This document shows, piece by piece, positions 25,844-35,676 of a stretch of DNA of 37,761 nucleotides. Each line of letters opens with the position of its first letter. Position 1 is the stretch's first letter. This DNA comes from an uncultured Opitutia bacterium. GTDB taxonomy: Bacteria > Verrucomicrobiota > Verrucomicrobiia > Opitutales > JABJCN01. Where the stretch lies: the NCBI GenBank assembly GCA_913048125.1, contig CAJWWL010000002.1, positions 1-37,761 on the forward strand. The letters are read 5' to 3'. Both the position numbers and the translations under genes were made by a program. The notes beneath the pieces are model-generated. The model saw only the letters and a list, made by a program, of their open reading frames with translations. It ran no database searches and was not told the origin of the DNA.

Positions 25844-28162
25844 ATGCGACACTCTTCAAACCTCATTGGAACCTTTGTACTGCTCGGCCTAGCGCAGCTT
25901 ACCGCAAACTTTCATCCAGAGGTCCTTCGAGACATCGATGCTGTATTGGCAAGTGCGGTTACAGAGAAGAAACTTCCTGGAGGGGTGGTCTGGATCGAAT
26001 GCGAGGGGAAGTCCTGGCAAAAAACATTTGGCCGTCGCAACGTTACAGGTAGAGATGAAGCTACTTCGGAAGACACCATCTACGACACTGCATCATTGAC
26101 CAAGGTGCTAGCAACAGCACCAAGCATACTCATTCTCGCAGAGCGAGGAAAGCTCAAACTCAATGCGCCAGTCGTCCAGTATATTCCAGAATTTAGTGGA
26201 GACAAACGGCAAGATGTTACAATACGCCAACTCCTTACTCACACTTCGGGCCTTCGTCCGGGCATTTCTTTGCGAGACAATTGGACCGGAAGAGAAGGTG
26301 CACTTGCCAAAGCTTACCATGAAGAGCTCCAGCAAATGCCAGACAGGGGATTTAAATACAGCGACATCAACTTTATCCTGTTGGGGGAAATTGTACGCCG
26401 TGTATCAAACAAACCGCTTAACGAGTTTGCCGCCGCTGAAATCTTCAAGCCACTAAAAATGAAGGATACTCTATTCCTTCCTGCCAAGAAACTTCGACAG
26501 CGGATTGCCCCAACGGAGATAGTTGGAGGTCAGCTTCTAAGAGGTGTTGTTCACGACCCTACTGCACGCCGCATGGGAGGAGTTGCTGGTCACGCTGGGA
26601 TTTTCTCAACAGCTGCAGATATAGCAAAGTTTGCGAGAATGATCCTAGGCGGAGGTCAGCTAGAAAGCACTCGCATACTCAAGGAAGAAAGCATCCGCTT
26701 AATGACATCCGTTCAGTCCCCTAATGCTCTCTTAGACAAAAGGGGATTGGGCTGGGACATTGATAGCCCCTACAGTAGTCCGCGTGGCAACCTATTCCCA
26801 ATTGGATCTTTTGGACACACAGGCTTCACTGGGCCGACACTTTGGATAGACCCTGAATCAAGTAGCTTCTGGATACTGATGACTAATCGCAACCACCCCA
26901 ACGGCAAGGGCTCGGTCGTCCCTTTACGGAGAAGCCTTGGCACACTTGCTGCGGAGGCAGTCAGCAATTATCGCCCCCCTGTTCTCAATGGCATTGATGT
27001 GCTGTTGCGCGAAAACTTTGAGCAACTGAAGGGCTTACGAGTTGGCCTGATCACCAACCACACCGGAACGGACGCCCGACGCATCCCCACCATTGATCTC
27101 CTCCACCAAAGTCGCAGGCTCGAATTGTGTGCTCTTTTCAGCCCAGAGCATGGCATCCGGGGTAAAGAAGACATCGCGCATATCTCTGATAGTACTGATC
27201 CTGTCACTGGGCTTCCAATCTACAGCCTATATGGCAAAACCAAAAAGCCTCTCCCTGAGCAACTCTCGAAACTCGACGCTTTGGTCTTCGATATTCAAGA
27301 CATTGGCTGTAGATTTTACACTTATATCGCTACAATGGGCAACTGCATGGAAGCCGCTGCGGAAGCTAAATTAAAATTCTTTGTGCTCGACCGAAGTAAC
27401 CCAGTAGGGGGACACCTAGTCGAAGGTCCACTCTTGGCCGATAGCCAAACCTTTGTGCGCTACCATAACATCCCTGTACGCCATGGCATGACCGCAGGCG
27501 AATTGGCACATCTTTTCAATAAGGAGAAGAAGCTCAGTCTAGACCTCCAGGTGGTACCTGTAGAAGGCTGGCAGAGAGATAATTTCCATGACGCCACCAG
27601 CCTGCCTTGGCGCAATCCTTCTCCTAATATGAGGAGCCTCACACAGGCCATACTCTACCCCGGCGTAGGGTTACTTGAATTCTGTAAACTCTCCGTAGGA
27701 CGTGGCACGGATACACCTTTCGAAGTTCTGGGTGCACCCTACATAAATGATCTCCACCTTGCCCAAGTTCTAAATGCCAAGCAGCTCCCCGGCATCACCT
27801 TTTTACCCATCCAATTTACGCCAACCACAAGCAAATTTAGTAAACAGAAATGCCAAGGAATCAACCTTGTCATTACCGACAGAGAGAAGTTTCGCGCTAC
27901 AACTACGGGACTTCACATTGCAGACACTTTGTATCATCTATTTCCAGAAGAGTTCGACCTTGAAAAGGTAAACACCCTTCTCGGCAATCCAGAACTCTTG
28001 AGTTTAATCCGGAAGGGACAACTTAATCAGGTTATACAAACCATCGAAAACGATCGCATTCGCTTCCAGAAACGACGCAAGCCCTTCTTGCTATACCCTG
28101 AATCAAAGCCAGCCCTTGAGGACCTACTAAAAATTCGTATCCTCGGACAGGATGTTCCATGA
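25844..28162 (+). CDS. Exported fusion: beta-lactamase-fold serine hydrolase (AmiE-like) + DUF1343/NamZ exo-beta-N-acetylmuramidase domain
   Basis: A signal peptide is present. The N-terminal domain has the SxxK motif (ASLTKV), YSD (KYSDINFILLGE) and HTG (FGHTGFTGP). The C-terminal domain has the DUF1343 hallmarks GLITNHTG, FSPEHGIRG, PIYSLYGKT, FDIQDIGCRFYTYI, VLDRSNP and PVRHGMTAGELA. Confidence 0.85.
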   Translation: MRHSSNLIGTFVLLGLAQLTANFHPEVLRDIDAVLASAVTEKKLPGGVVWIECEGKSWQKTFGRRNVTGRDEATSEDTIYDTASLTKVLATAPSILILAERGKLKLNAPVVQYIPEFSGDKRQDVTIRQLLTHTSGLRPGISLRDNWTGREGALAKAYHEELQQMPDRGFKYSDINFILLGEIVRRVSNKPLNEFAAAEIFKPLKMKDTLFLPAKKLRQRIAPTEIVGGQLLRGVVHDPTARRMGGVAGHAGIFSTAADIAKFARMILGGGQLESTRILKEESIRLMTSVQSPNALLDKRGLGWDIDSPYSSPRGNLFPIGSFGHTGFTGPTLWIDPESSSFWILMTNRNHPNGKGSVVPLRRSLGTLAAEAVSNYRPPVLNGIDVLLRENFEQLKGLRVGLITNHTGTDARRIPTIDLLHQSRRLELCALFSPEHGIRGKEDIAHISDSTDPVTGLPIYSLYGKTKKPLPEQLSKLDALVFDIQDIGCRFYTYIATMGNCMEAAAEAKLKFFVLDRSNPVGGHLVEGPLLADSQTFVRYHNIPVRHGMTAGELAHLFNKEKKLSLDLQVVPVEGWQRDNFHDATSLPWRNPSPNMRSLTQAILYPGVGLLEFCKLSVGRGTDTPFEVLGAPYINDLHLAQVLNAKQLPGITFLPIQFTPTTSKFSKQKCQGINLVITDREKFRATTTGLHIADTLYHLFPEEFDLEKVNTLLGNPELLSLIRKGQLNQVIQTIENDRIRFQKRRKPFLLYPESKPALEDLLKIRILGQDVP

Positions 28163-28178
28163 CCGGGCACACTGCACT

Positions 28179-30722
28179 ATGCAAATCCTCGCTCTCATCT
28201 TACTACCAATAACATTGGCCATCCATGCTATGGCCGAAATACCCCCGTATTCACCTGACAAACGACTTAAAATCGAACTTTTCGCAGAAGCTCCTCAAAT
28301 CAAACACCCTACTGGACTGACAATTGACTCAAAGGGTCGAGTCTTTGTGATTGAAAGCCACACTCATTTTCCCCCGAAGGACTACGCCGGACAAAAAAGA
28401 GACCGAATTTATGTCTTCTCCAAACCTGGAAAAGATGGCAAATCGACCGATCGAAAAACTTTCGCTGAGGGTTTTGAGATGGGCATGGATTTGCTCATGG
28501 CTCGAGATGGCTGGCTTTATGTCGCTGAGCGCAGCCGCATCTCTCGTATCCGCGATACGGACAATGACCTTAAGGCTGATCAATTTCAGACCATCATCGA
28601 TTTGAAAACAACTGGGAAATACCCACACAATGGTTTGGCAGGTCTGAGCTTTGACTCCTTCAACTACCTGTACTTCGGGCTCGGAGAAAACCTCGGACAT
28701 CCCTACCATATGATTGGCAGCGACGGAAAAAGCATAAAAGGGGCAGAAGGCATCGGTGGTGGCATATTTAGGTGTAAGCGAGACGGCTCAGGTCTGGAAT
28801 CAGTAGCTCGAGGCTTGTGGAATCCATTCGGTTTATGCGTAGACGAATTTGGCAGCGTCCTCGCCGTAGACAACGATCCAGGGGCCAGCCCTCCATGCCG
28901 TCTACTACACATTGTACCTGGGGGTGACTATGGCTACCAGTATCAGCACGGACGCACTGGGCATCATCCATTCCTTGCCTGGAATGGAGAACTGTCCAAT
29001 ACTCTACCGATGGTCTGTGGAGTTGGTGAAGCACCCTGTGAAATCCTCCACTTCAACTCGCCAAGCTTTCCTGAAGAGTACCGAGGAGAGTACCTTGTTA
29101 CCTCTTGGGGCGACCACCGTGTGGAACGCTATCAACTCCATGGTCGAGGAAACTCCGTGGGTGGCAAAATGGAAACGCTGATCCAAGGAGGAGACAGTTT
29201 CCGGCCCGTTTGTATGGAAATGGCTCCTGATGGATCGCTGTATGTAAGCGACTGGGGGTCACGACTTTATCAACTGCACGGCAAAGGCAAAATCTGGCGA
29301 ATACGTCCCGAAGCGCTCAAGCCCTCAAAAACGAGCGCACTGTCAGAGCCACTTTATGTCGCTCAAAATAGGCAAGCCCGTCGCAGGCTTCGAGACTCTA
29401 AAAATATGGGGGAACTTCTTGAAGCTGCGGCCAGTAAAGACCCATTCCTTCGCAACGCCGCAATCATCGGTCTATCAAAGAACTTTCCCAACGCTGATCC
29501 AGCGAAGTTCTCCGATCCAACCCATCGCACTGCCCTACTCCTATCATTTAAGGAGAATAGAAAGGTTTCGGTGCTTGAAAAATTTTTAAATGACACAAAA
29601 CCCTCTATCCGCTTCGAGATTTTGCGCTGGATTGCCGACCAAAAGCTTGAGGCATACCGCCCATACGTGGAAACCAGTCTTGAAGAAGGAAACTTTGACT
29701 ATGGTCTCTTTCTTGCCCACATGGCCTGTCTCGACTCTCTGGATAAGATCAAAAGGCCTGACCAGCCTAACGTGACTCGGGCGAAAGCCCTTTTTGGCAA
29801 TGTGAGCCTAAAGGCAAAACTTCGCGCTCATCTTGTTAGATACCTCGCAAACGAAAAGGATACTTTTTCAACCGAACAGCTGATAGAGTGGAGCCGAAGC
29901 CTCAACCCTAGCCTCAAGCGAGAAGCTATATGGCTTTTACGCACAGCTTCTGGAGATCAAGCTCGCAAACGCCTAATCGAAATTGCCAATGATCATAATT
30001 CCCCTCTGCAGTTAAGGCTCCAAGCCATATCAGCTCTCGGCCAGAACAAGCCACACCTCGCCCCTCTTCTGAAGCTTGCTAGCGAAAATAATCCTGAAGT
30101 CCGTGATGAAGCTTTACGCGCCTTAGTTGGGGTAGAATTCGACGTAAATAGGAGATCTGAACTTGAAGACCTTGGAGGCAATATTTCTGACACAGCACCC
30201 CTCGTCAACCGTGTCCTTGGAAAGACATTCGCGGCAAAAAACCTTCCAAATGACACCGACACAAAAGCATGGCTACAGAGAATCGATAGCCTCCCCGGCA
30301 AGGCTAATCCTGCAACTGGACAACGTATCTTCTACAACGCCAAACTCGCACGTTGCGGCAACTGTCACCAAGTAGCAGGACGGGGTACACGTGTAGGACC
30401 TGACCTATCATTCATCGGCAGAAGCATTTCTCGGGAACGGCTTCTAGAAAATATACTTCAGCCCAGCAAGGAACTTGCTCCTCACTACCGTCCATGGACG
30501 ATAGAGATGGAAGATCGTCTCCAGTATACTGGCATCGCACTGCGACGCGGAGGCAACTCCGAAGTCTATCTCGGTGCTGATGGTCAGGAAATCCGTCTCG
30601 ATAAACGCAAAATCAGCCACAAGCAAGTCAGCCATGTCTCCATGATGCCTGCAGGGCTTGCCCATACACTCACACTTGGAGAGCTTCGCGACCTGCTCGC
30701 CTTCCTTATGGCATGCAAATGA
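28179..30722 (+). CDS. PVC-type heme-binding CxxCH protein (dehydrogenase-like beta-propeller + HEAT repeats + cytochrome c domain)
   Basis: The track start at 28152 overlaps the upstream gene. The ATG at 28179 gives the signal peptide MQILALILLPITLAIHAMA. The N-terminal domain is propeller-like (GLTIDSKGRVFVIE, DGSLYVSDWG). The HEAT-like repeats are DPFLRNAAIIGL, NPSLKREAIWLL and NPEVRDEALRAL. The C-terminus reads CGNCH (30354-30368) followed by GPDLSFIG. Confidence 0.85.
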   Translation: MQILALILLPITLAIHAMAEIPPYSPDKRLKIELFAEAPQIKHPTGLTIDSKGRVFVIESHTHFPPKDYAGQKRDRIYVFSKPGKDGKSTDRKTFAEGFEMGMDLLMARDGWLYVAERSRISRIRDTDNDLKADQFQTIIDLKTTGKYPHNGLAGLSFDSFNYLYFGLGENLGHPYHMIGSDGKSIKGAEGIGGGIFRCKRDGSGLESVARGLWNPFGLCVDEFGSVLAVDNDPGASPPCRLLHIVPGGDYGYQYQHGRTGHHPFLAWNGELSNTLPMVCGVGEAPCEILHFNSPSFPEEYRGEYLVTSWGDHRVERYQLHGRGNSVGGKMETLIQGGDSFRPVCMEMAPDGSLYVSDWGSRLYQLHGKGKIWRIRPEALKPSKTSALSEPLYVAQNRQARRRLRDSKNMGELLEAAASKDPFLRNAAIIGLSKNFPNADPAKFSDPTHRTALLLSFKENRKVSVLEKFLNDTKPSIRFEILRWIADQKLEAYRPYVETSLEEGNFDYGLFLAHMACLDSLDKIKRPDQPNVTRAKALFGNVSLKAKLRAHLVRYLANEKDTFSTEQLIEWSRSLNPSLKREAIWLLRTASGDQARKRLIEIANDHNSPLQLRLQAISALGQNKPHLAPLLKLASENNPEVRDEALRALVGVEFDVNRRSELEDLGGNISDTAPLVNRVLGKTFAAKNLPNDTDTKAWLQRIDSLPGKANPATGQRIFYNAKLARCGNCHQVAGRGTRVGPDLSFIGRSISRERLLENILQPSKELAPHYRPWTIEMEDRLQYTGIALRRGGNSEVYLGADGQEIRLDKRKISHKQVSHVSMMPAGLAHTLTLGELRDLLAFLMACK

Positions 30723-33181
30723 AGTCTTGCATCTTAAGCGCTCTGGCTCTGGTCATTGGAAACCTCTCCTTTGGCATTCCTGATCCCCTTCAGCGCTCCC
30801 AGCTCCGAATCCTTGAAACCGATGACTATAATCAGTGGGAAGAAGCTAAAAATGCAAAGATTGGCACTGACCCTGCCAATTTTTACAAGCTCCCCGGATT
30901 TGAGGTGGAACTCCTCCGTTCTGCAGAAGAAGACGAGGGGTCTTGGATCAGTTGTGCCTTTGACCCTCAAGGCAAACTGAGTATCGGCCGCGAGGATTCT
31001 GGCATACTCCGCTATACCTTCTCCAAGGATCGCATGCAAATCGTGAAAAAGGAATGGCTCCTGAAACAAGCCAAGGAGTGCCGAGGCCTACTTTACGCAC
31101 ATGGCGCGCTTTTCGTAAATGCAAACAAGTCCAAAATTCTGTATCGGTTTAAAGACACCAACGGTGATAACCAATTTGATGAAGAAAAGGAACTCTTTGA
31201 AACTCCCGGTGGACTAGGTCATGGCCGTAACGGACTTGCCTTAGGCCCCAACGGACTCATCTACGCCATCATGGGTGACTCTGTTAAGCTGCCCCTGCAT
31301 ATTCCAAATATACGCGATCATACCTCACCACTGCGTCGTAAACAGAAATACTTCCGGCCCAACGAGGGGCATGTCCTGCGGTTCGATAAACACGGCTGCA
31401 ATCCAGCCATCTATGCGGCAGGGTTACGCAATCCTTATGGGATCGATTTCAACGCCGATGGCGAAGCTTTCACTTTTGATGCTGATGCAGAGTTCGACAT
31501 GGGCTCTCCTTGGTACAGACCTACTCAAATAAAGCACATTACCAGCGGTGCAGACTTCGGTTGGCGTGCTGTCACAGGAAGTTGGCCGCCCTATTACCTC
31601 GACCATCCGACAAATACACCAGCCTGCGTCAATATCGGCAAGGCCTCGCCAACAGGTATTCTCGCCGGCTATAAAAGTCGCTTCCCTCAACAATACCGTA
31701 ATGCCATCTTTGCGTTAGACTGGACGTACGGACGCATCCTAACTATTCACCTCACACCAGATGGAGCGTCCTACACAGGTCGACCCGAAGTCTTTCTCCG
31801 TGGACGACCACTTAACGTCACAGATGCAGACTTTGGGCCCGATGGAGCAATGTATTTTGTCACTGGAGGGCGAAGTACGCAAAGCGCTCTTTACCGGGTC
31901 ACCTACACCGGCCGCATAATTGTGTCACCGGAGAAAACTCCCCAAGAAAAAATGGGCGAAAAGGTCGCAAGAAGTTGTCGTAAGATTCTCCATAATCTCG
32001 AAAGATACCATCAGGCTTGGGTAGGAAAACTCGAACTCCCAACTAACCTTGAAGACCCCCGGATCCGCCATGCCATAAGAATTGCCCTCGAACATCAGTT
32101 GGCCGAGACCGGAAATGTTGATTCTAATTTCGAGCCTGATTCTAAATTGCTCGCTCTAGCTCAGGCACATGCAGGCATCCACGCCATAACATCTGTCAAT
32201 AACCACACTCCAACTCACGAGCAATTGCACATCTGGCGATTGAGTTTACCAGATCTCAGCGAAGAAGAAAAAAATACCCTGAGAGAAAAACTTCGACAGC
32301 ATCCAAATGCTGATCCACGGATTGCTACTGAAATCCGTATCGCCCTCGAAATGCCAGAAGCGACTACTGATGGGATGGCTCGCCTCCGCAATGCCAATTC
32401 TCAGCAAGAGCAAATCCACTACCTTTACCTGTTGAGAAACGCGCGTAATGGCTGGTCGCACAAACTTCGCAAAGAATACTTTCAGCATCTTAAAAGCGCC
32501 CGAGAATACCTCGGAGGCCGAGGGCTCCCAGGATTTATCTCAAAAATTAAAAAAGATGCTATTTCTTCGCTAACAGAAGCAGAGAGGAACTCGCTCAAAG
32601 GTCTCTTAAACCAAGAGACAACGCCTACACTACCCTCCATTCCTGACCTGAGCCACCGCAGATTTATCCGTGCTTGGGAGATGCAAGACTTCTCAGGCAA
32701 TATGCAAGTTTCAACCAAGAAGGCTAAGCTTGGCAAAAAACTCTTTGATGAGGGGCTCTGTAGTCGTTGTCACAGGTTCAATTCCCACGGTTTCAGCCTT
32801 GGCCCTGACCTGACTCACGTTGGCAGTCGCCTAGGGAAACGAGATCTCCTTCAAGCTATCCTCGAACCTTCTAAAACAGTGGCTGAAAACTATCAGACCC
32901 AAGTCTTTGACCTCCATGATGGCCGACAGTTATCTGGGCAAGTTATTCCACAGTCCGACTACAGAAGCAGAGAACTCCTACTTGCAACAAATCCTCTAGA
33001 ACCTGAACAGGTCGTCAAAATCCCCAAAGCCCTAATCAAAGCCTACCGGCAAGCTACGACCTCTACAATGCCACCAGGTCTTCTAAATACGTTTACGAAA
33101 GAAGAAGTTCTTGTTCTGATCGAGTGGCTGCAGAGAGATTCAGGAGACCATCCCCATCCGAAGCCAAGCCGCGACAACTAG
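30713..33181 (+). CDS. PVC-type heme-binding CxxCH protein, tandem paralog
   Basis: An alternative ATG at 30719 forms an ATGA overlap with the upstream stop and gives the signal peptide MKSCILSALALVIGNLSFG. The N-terminal region resembles the dehydrogenase-like domain of this family (LPGFEVELL, GLRNPYGIDFNADGE, ADFGWR). The C-terminus reads CSRCH (32759-32773) followed by GPDLTHVG and ILEPSK, as in the upstream paralog. Confidence 0.85.
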   Translation: MQMKSCILSALALVIGNLSFGIPDPLQRSQLRILETDDYNQWEEAKNAKIGTDPANFYKLPGFEVELLRSAEEDEGSWISCAFDPQGKLSIGREDSGILRYTFSKDRMQIVKKEWLLKQAKECRGLLYAHGALFVNANKSKILYRFKDTNGDNQFDEEKELFETPGGLGHGRNGLALGPNGLIYAIMGDSVKLPLHIPNIRDHTSPLRRKQKYFRPNEGHVLRFDKHGCNPAIYAAGLRNPYGIDFNADGEAFTFDADAEFDMGSPWYRPTQIKHITSGADFGWRAVTGSWPPYYLDHPTNTPACVNIGKASPTGILAGYKSRFPQQYRNAIFALDWTYGRILTIHLTPDGASYTGRPEVFLRGRPLNVTDADFGPDGAMYFVTGGRSTQSALYRVTYTGRIIVSPEKTPQEKMGEKVARSCRKILHNLERYHQAWVGKLELPTNLEDPRIRHAIRIALEHQLAETGNVDSNFEPDSKLLALAQAHAGIHAITSVNNHTPTHEQLHIWRLSLPDLSEEEKNTLREKLRQHPNADPRIATEIRIALEMPEATTDGMARLRNANSQQEQIHYLYLLRNARNGWSHKLRKEYFQHLKSAREYLGGRGLPGFISKIKKDAISSLTEAERNSLKGLLNQETTPTLPSIPDLSHRRFIRAWEMQDFSGNMQVSTKKAKLGKKLFDEGLCSRCHRFNSHGFSLGPDLTHVGSRLGKRDLLQAILEPSKTVAENYQTQVFDLHDGRQLSGQVIPQSDYRSRELLLATNPLEPEQVVKIPKALIKAYRQATTSTMPPGLLNTFTKEEVLVLIEWLQRDSGDHPHPKPSRDN

Positions 33182-33427
33182 ATAGCATAGATGGGCAAAA
33201 ATCACTGCGGTAACTCCAAGTCGGAATCCTAACCGAGCCGTGGCTTCACCGAGGTATTCTTCCTGACAGTCCTGAAGTAAAGCCCGAGCCTTCTGGGCTT
33301 TTACAATGGCCACGATGCCACAGGCCACACCCACTAAGGGAACAGCGAAAAGCACTAAGCCCACTAAACCCCAAAGAACACTGGAACCTGCACCGGGAAT
33401 CGATGGCTTGGAATCCTCTTTGCTCAT
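33140..33427 (-). CDS. Small membrane protein (DUF4190-like)
   Basis: ATG start, overlapping the upstream stop by 4 nt (ATGA). Two hydrophobic segments flank a charged loop (VACGIVAIVKAQKARALL ... GFRLGVTAVIF). The last 14 codons overlap the convergent CxxCH gene. Confidence 0.55.
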   Translation of the reverse strand: MSKEDSKPSIPGAGSSVLWGLVGLVLFAVPLVGVACGIVAIVKAQKARALLQDCQEEYLGEATARLGFRLGVTAVIFAHLCYLVVAAWLRMGMVS

Positions 33428-34305
33428 AGCGCTGAACTAAGTCGTTCTAAAACCTTGTATAGGCCCTGCGTGCCAAGATCTTCAAGCCCTTGTGCTATCG
33501 CAGCTTGATAAAACTGGTTTACCAAGGCCAAACCCGGGAGAGCCAGGCGCATCGCCTTCGCCTCTGCCAAGGCAATGCCCATATCCTTGACAAAATGCTT
33601 AATGTAAAAGCCTGGATCGAAGTCCCCCTTCACAATTCTTGGTCCAAGATTATTGATGGACCAAGAACTCGCAGCTCCACTGCCTATAACGACAATGACT
33701 TCTTCAAGATTAAGGCCGGACCTGTGCGCGTACAATAACGACTCAACCGTTCCAATCATCGTCCCCGCAATCAGAATCTGATTACTCATCTTAGTATGTT
33801 GGCCAGCGCCAGTTGGACCCATATACGCGATATTCTTGCCCATGCATTGAAATAAAGGCTTAACCCTATCAAAGACGGACTGCTCACCACCGACCATGAT
33901 GGCTAGAGCCGCATTACGCGCTCCAATGTCTCCGCCCGAGACTGGAGCATCTAGAACATCCACACCTTGACGTCCCGCTACCTTGCAAATGCGCTTTGCC
34001 AAAGCGGGTTCGGAGGTCGTCATATCAATCACAACTGAGCCTGCCTTTGCACCAGCTAGAATGCCGTCGGTACTTAGGTAGGTAGATTCCACATCAACTG
34101 GATATCCAACGATGCTGAATACAAACTCAGACTGTCTAGCAACCTCTCGAGGTGACTCGCACAATACAGCACCTGCATCAACCAATACCTGTGCTTTGGC
34201 CGCAGTACGATTATAGACAAACAGTTTGTGTCCTGCTGCCTGAAGATGCCCCGCCATCGGAGCTCCCATTACGCCTGTGCCTACCCAGCCAATATTAGTA
34301 CTCAT
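33424..34305 (-). CDS. NAD(P)-dependent oxidoreductase, 3-hydroxyisobutyrate dehydrogenase family
   Basis: The Rossmann motif is IGWVGTGVMGAPMAGHL, followed by the family core (DAPVSGG, KMSNQIL). The track start is a TTG at 34311; the ATG at 34305 is preferred. The substrate cannot be called. Confidence 0.88.
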   Translation of the reverse strand: MSTNIGWVGTGVMGAPMAGHLQAAGHKLFVYNRTAAKAQVLVDAGAVLCESPREVARQSEFVFSIVGYPVDVESTYLSTDGILAGAKAGSVVIDMTTSEPALAKRICKVAGRQGVDVLDAPVSGGDIGARNAALAIMVGGEQSVFDRVKPLFQCMGKNIAYMGPTGAGQHTKMSNQILIAGTMIGTVESLLYAHRSGLNLEEVIVVIGSGAASSWSINNLGPRIVKGDFDPGFYIKHFVKDMGIALAEAKAMRLALPGLALVNQFYQAAIAQGLEDLGTQGLYKVLERLSSAL

Positions 34306-34408
34306 AGCCAATGGTCATGCGGATACCGCAAAGAACGGCAAGACCCAAGACAACGAAACTCCCGCTTTCCGCTTTTCACTTTTAGATTTTCCCCACAACC
34401 TGCGGACA

Positions 34409-35188
34409 ATGTCGAAAAAAGTGAAATTAATTTCTTGGAATGTAAATGGTCTCCGTGCCTGCATCAACAAAGGCTTTAGCGAATTCGCGACATGGTGCGA
34501 GGCCGACTACCTATGCTTACAGGAAACCAAGGTAAATCCAGGTACAATTCCAGCAGACGACTTTTCGTTTGGGTGGAGCACTTTTCACTGTGCCGAAAAA
34601 AAAGGCTATTCTGGGACAGCCATCTTCGCCCAGAATGAGCCAACAGCAGTGCAAGAAGACTTCCAGCCAGAAGATCACGTAGGCGAAGGTCGTGCCATCA
34701 CTTTGGACACTGGGGATTTTTATCTAGTCAACACCTACGTACCCAACGCACAGGGTGAACTGGCCCGCTTGCCATACCGCATGGAATGGGACCGAGATCT
34801 TCGAACCTATCTCCAGCAACTCGACAAGCGCAAGCCAGTCATTCTCTGCGGAGACCTCAATGTCGCTCACAACGAAATTGACATAGCAAGACCAGATGCA
34901 AATCGCCGAAGCCCCGGCTTTTCTGATGAAGAGCGTGAAGGCATGAACCAGCTTCTTGACGCTGGCTTCATAGACACCTTTCGCTGCCTGCACCCCGATG
35001 AACCGAGACACTACTCATGGTGGAGCTACAGGGGTGGCGCCCGTGAGCGAAACGTCGGATGGCGACTTGACTATTTTATAATCTCGGAACGACTTCGCCC
35101 TGCGTTGAATGATGCGTTTATTCTCAAAGATGTTATGGGCTCAGATCACTGCCCAGTAGGCATAGAACTGGACCTTTCCAAGCTCTGA
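34409..35188 (+). CDS. xth: Exodeoxyribonuclease III (AP endonuclease)
   Basis: The track ORF starts at a GTG at 34277. The ATG at 34409 gives MSKKVKLISWNVNGLRA. Further motifs are LCLQETK, GDLNVAHNEID, WWSYRGG and GSDHCPV. Confidence 0.9.
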   Translation: MSKKVKLISWNVNGLRACINKGFSEFATWCEADYLCLQETKVNPGTIPADDFSFGWSTFHCAEKKGYSGTAIFAQNEPTAVQEDFQPEDHVGEGRAITLDTGDFYLVNTYVPNAQGELARLPYRMEWDRDLRTYLQQLDKRKPVILCGDLNVAHNEIDIARPDANRRSPGFSDEEREGMNQLLDAGFIDTFRCLHPDEPRHYSWWSYRGGARERNVGWRLDYFIISERLRPALNDAFILKDVMGSDHCPVGIELDLSKL

Positions 35189-35196
35189 CTTTCAGT

Positions 35197-35676
35197 ATGA
35201 AATCCTATCGTATTCTATTTGTCTGCATGGGCAACATATGCCGTTCACCCGCCGGGGAGGCTGTTCTTCGAAAGCTTGCTGAGGATGAAGCATTAGACGA
35301 GCGTCTCGAAATCGACTCCGCTGGTACGATCGGCTTCCACTCAGGCTCGCCACCGGATGGACGCATGCAAGCCGCTGCTGCCAAACGCAGCATTTATACC
35401 GGCGGCCATGCACGACAAGTTACCAAGGAAGACCTCGACACATTCGACCGGGTTCTCGCAATGGACAATGACAACCTAAGGGACCTGCTCAGCCTCGCCG
35501 AAAGCGAATCGCAACGCGCTACTATTCGATCCTTCTGCGATTATTGTATCGATCATGAAAATAAGGAAGTCCCAGACCCATATTACGGCGGTGCACAAGG
35601 ATTTGAAATCGTACTCGATTTACTGGAAGATGGATGCAGACAAATTCTTGAAGAAGCTCGAGATGCCTTAGGATGA
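35197..35676 (+). CDS. Low-molecular-weight protein-tyrosine-phosphatase family enzyme
   Basis: The P-loop is canonical (ILFVCMGNICRSP), followed by DSAG and the general-acid motif VPDPYYG. Confidence 0.9.
   Translation: MKSYRILFVCMGNICRSPAGEAVLRKLAEDEALDERLEIDSAGTIGFHSGSPPDGRMQAAAAKRSIYTGGHARQVTKEDLDTFDRVLAMDNDNLRDLLSLAESESQRATIRSFCDYCIDHENKEVPDPYYGGAQGFEIVLDLLEDGCRQILEEARDALG

Noticed and set aside
33140-33181. The 42-nt convergent overlap between the second CxxCH gene and the DUF4190-like gene, and the 14-nt overlap at 5473-5486, considered as unusual antisense regulation
   Set aside because: Short 3'-3' overlaps are common in compact genomes, and the overlapped tails are unconserved-looking termini. 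The small membrane-protein call is itself only moderately confident.
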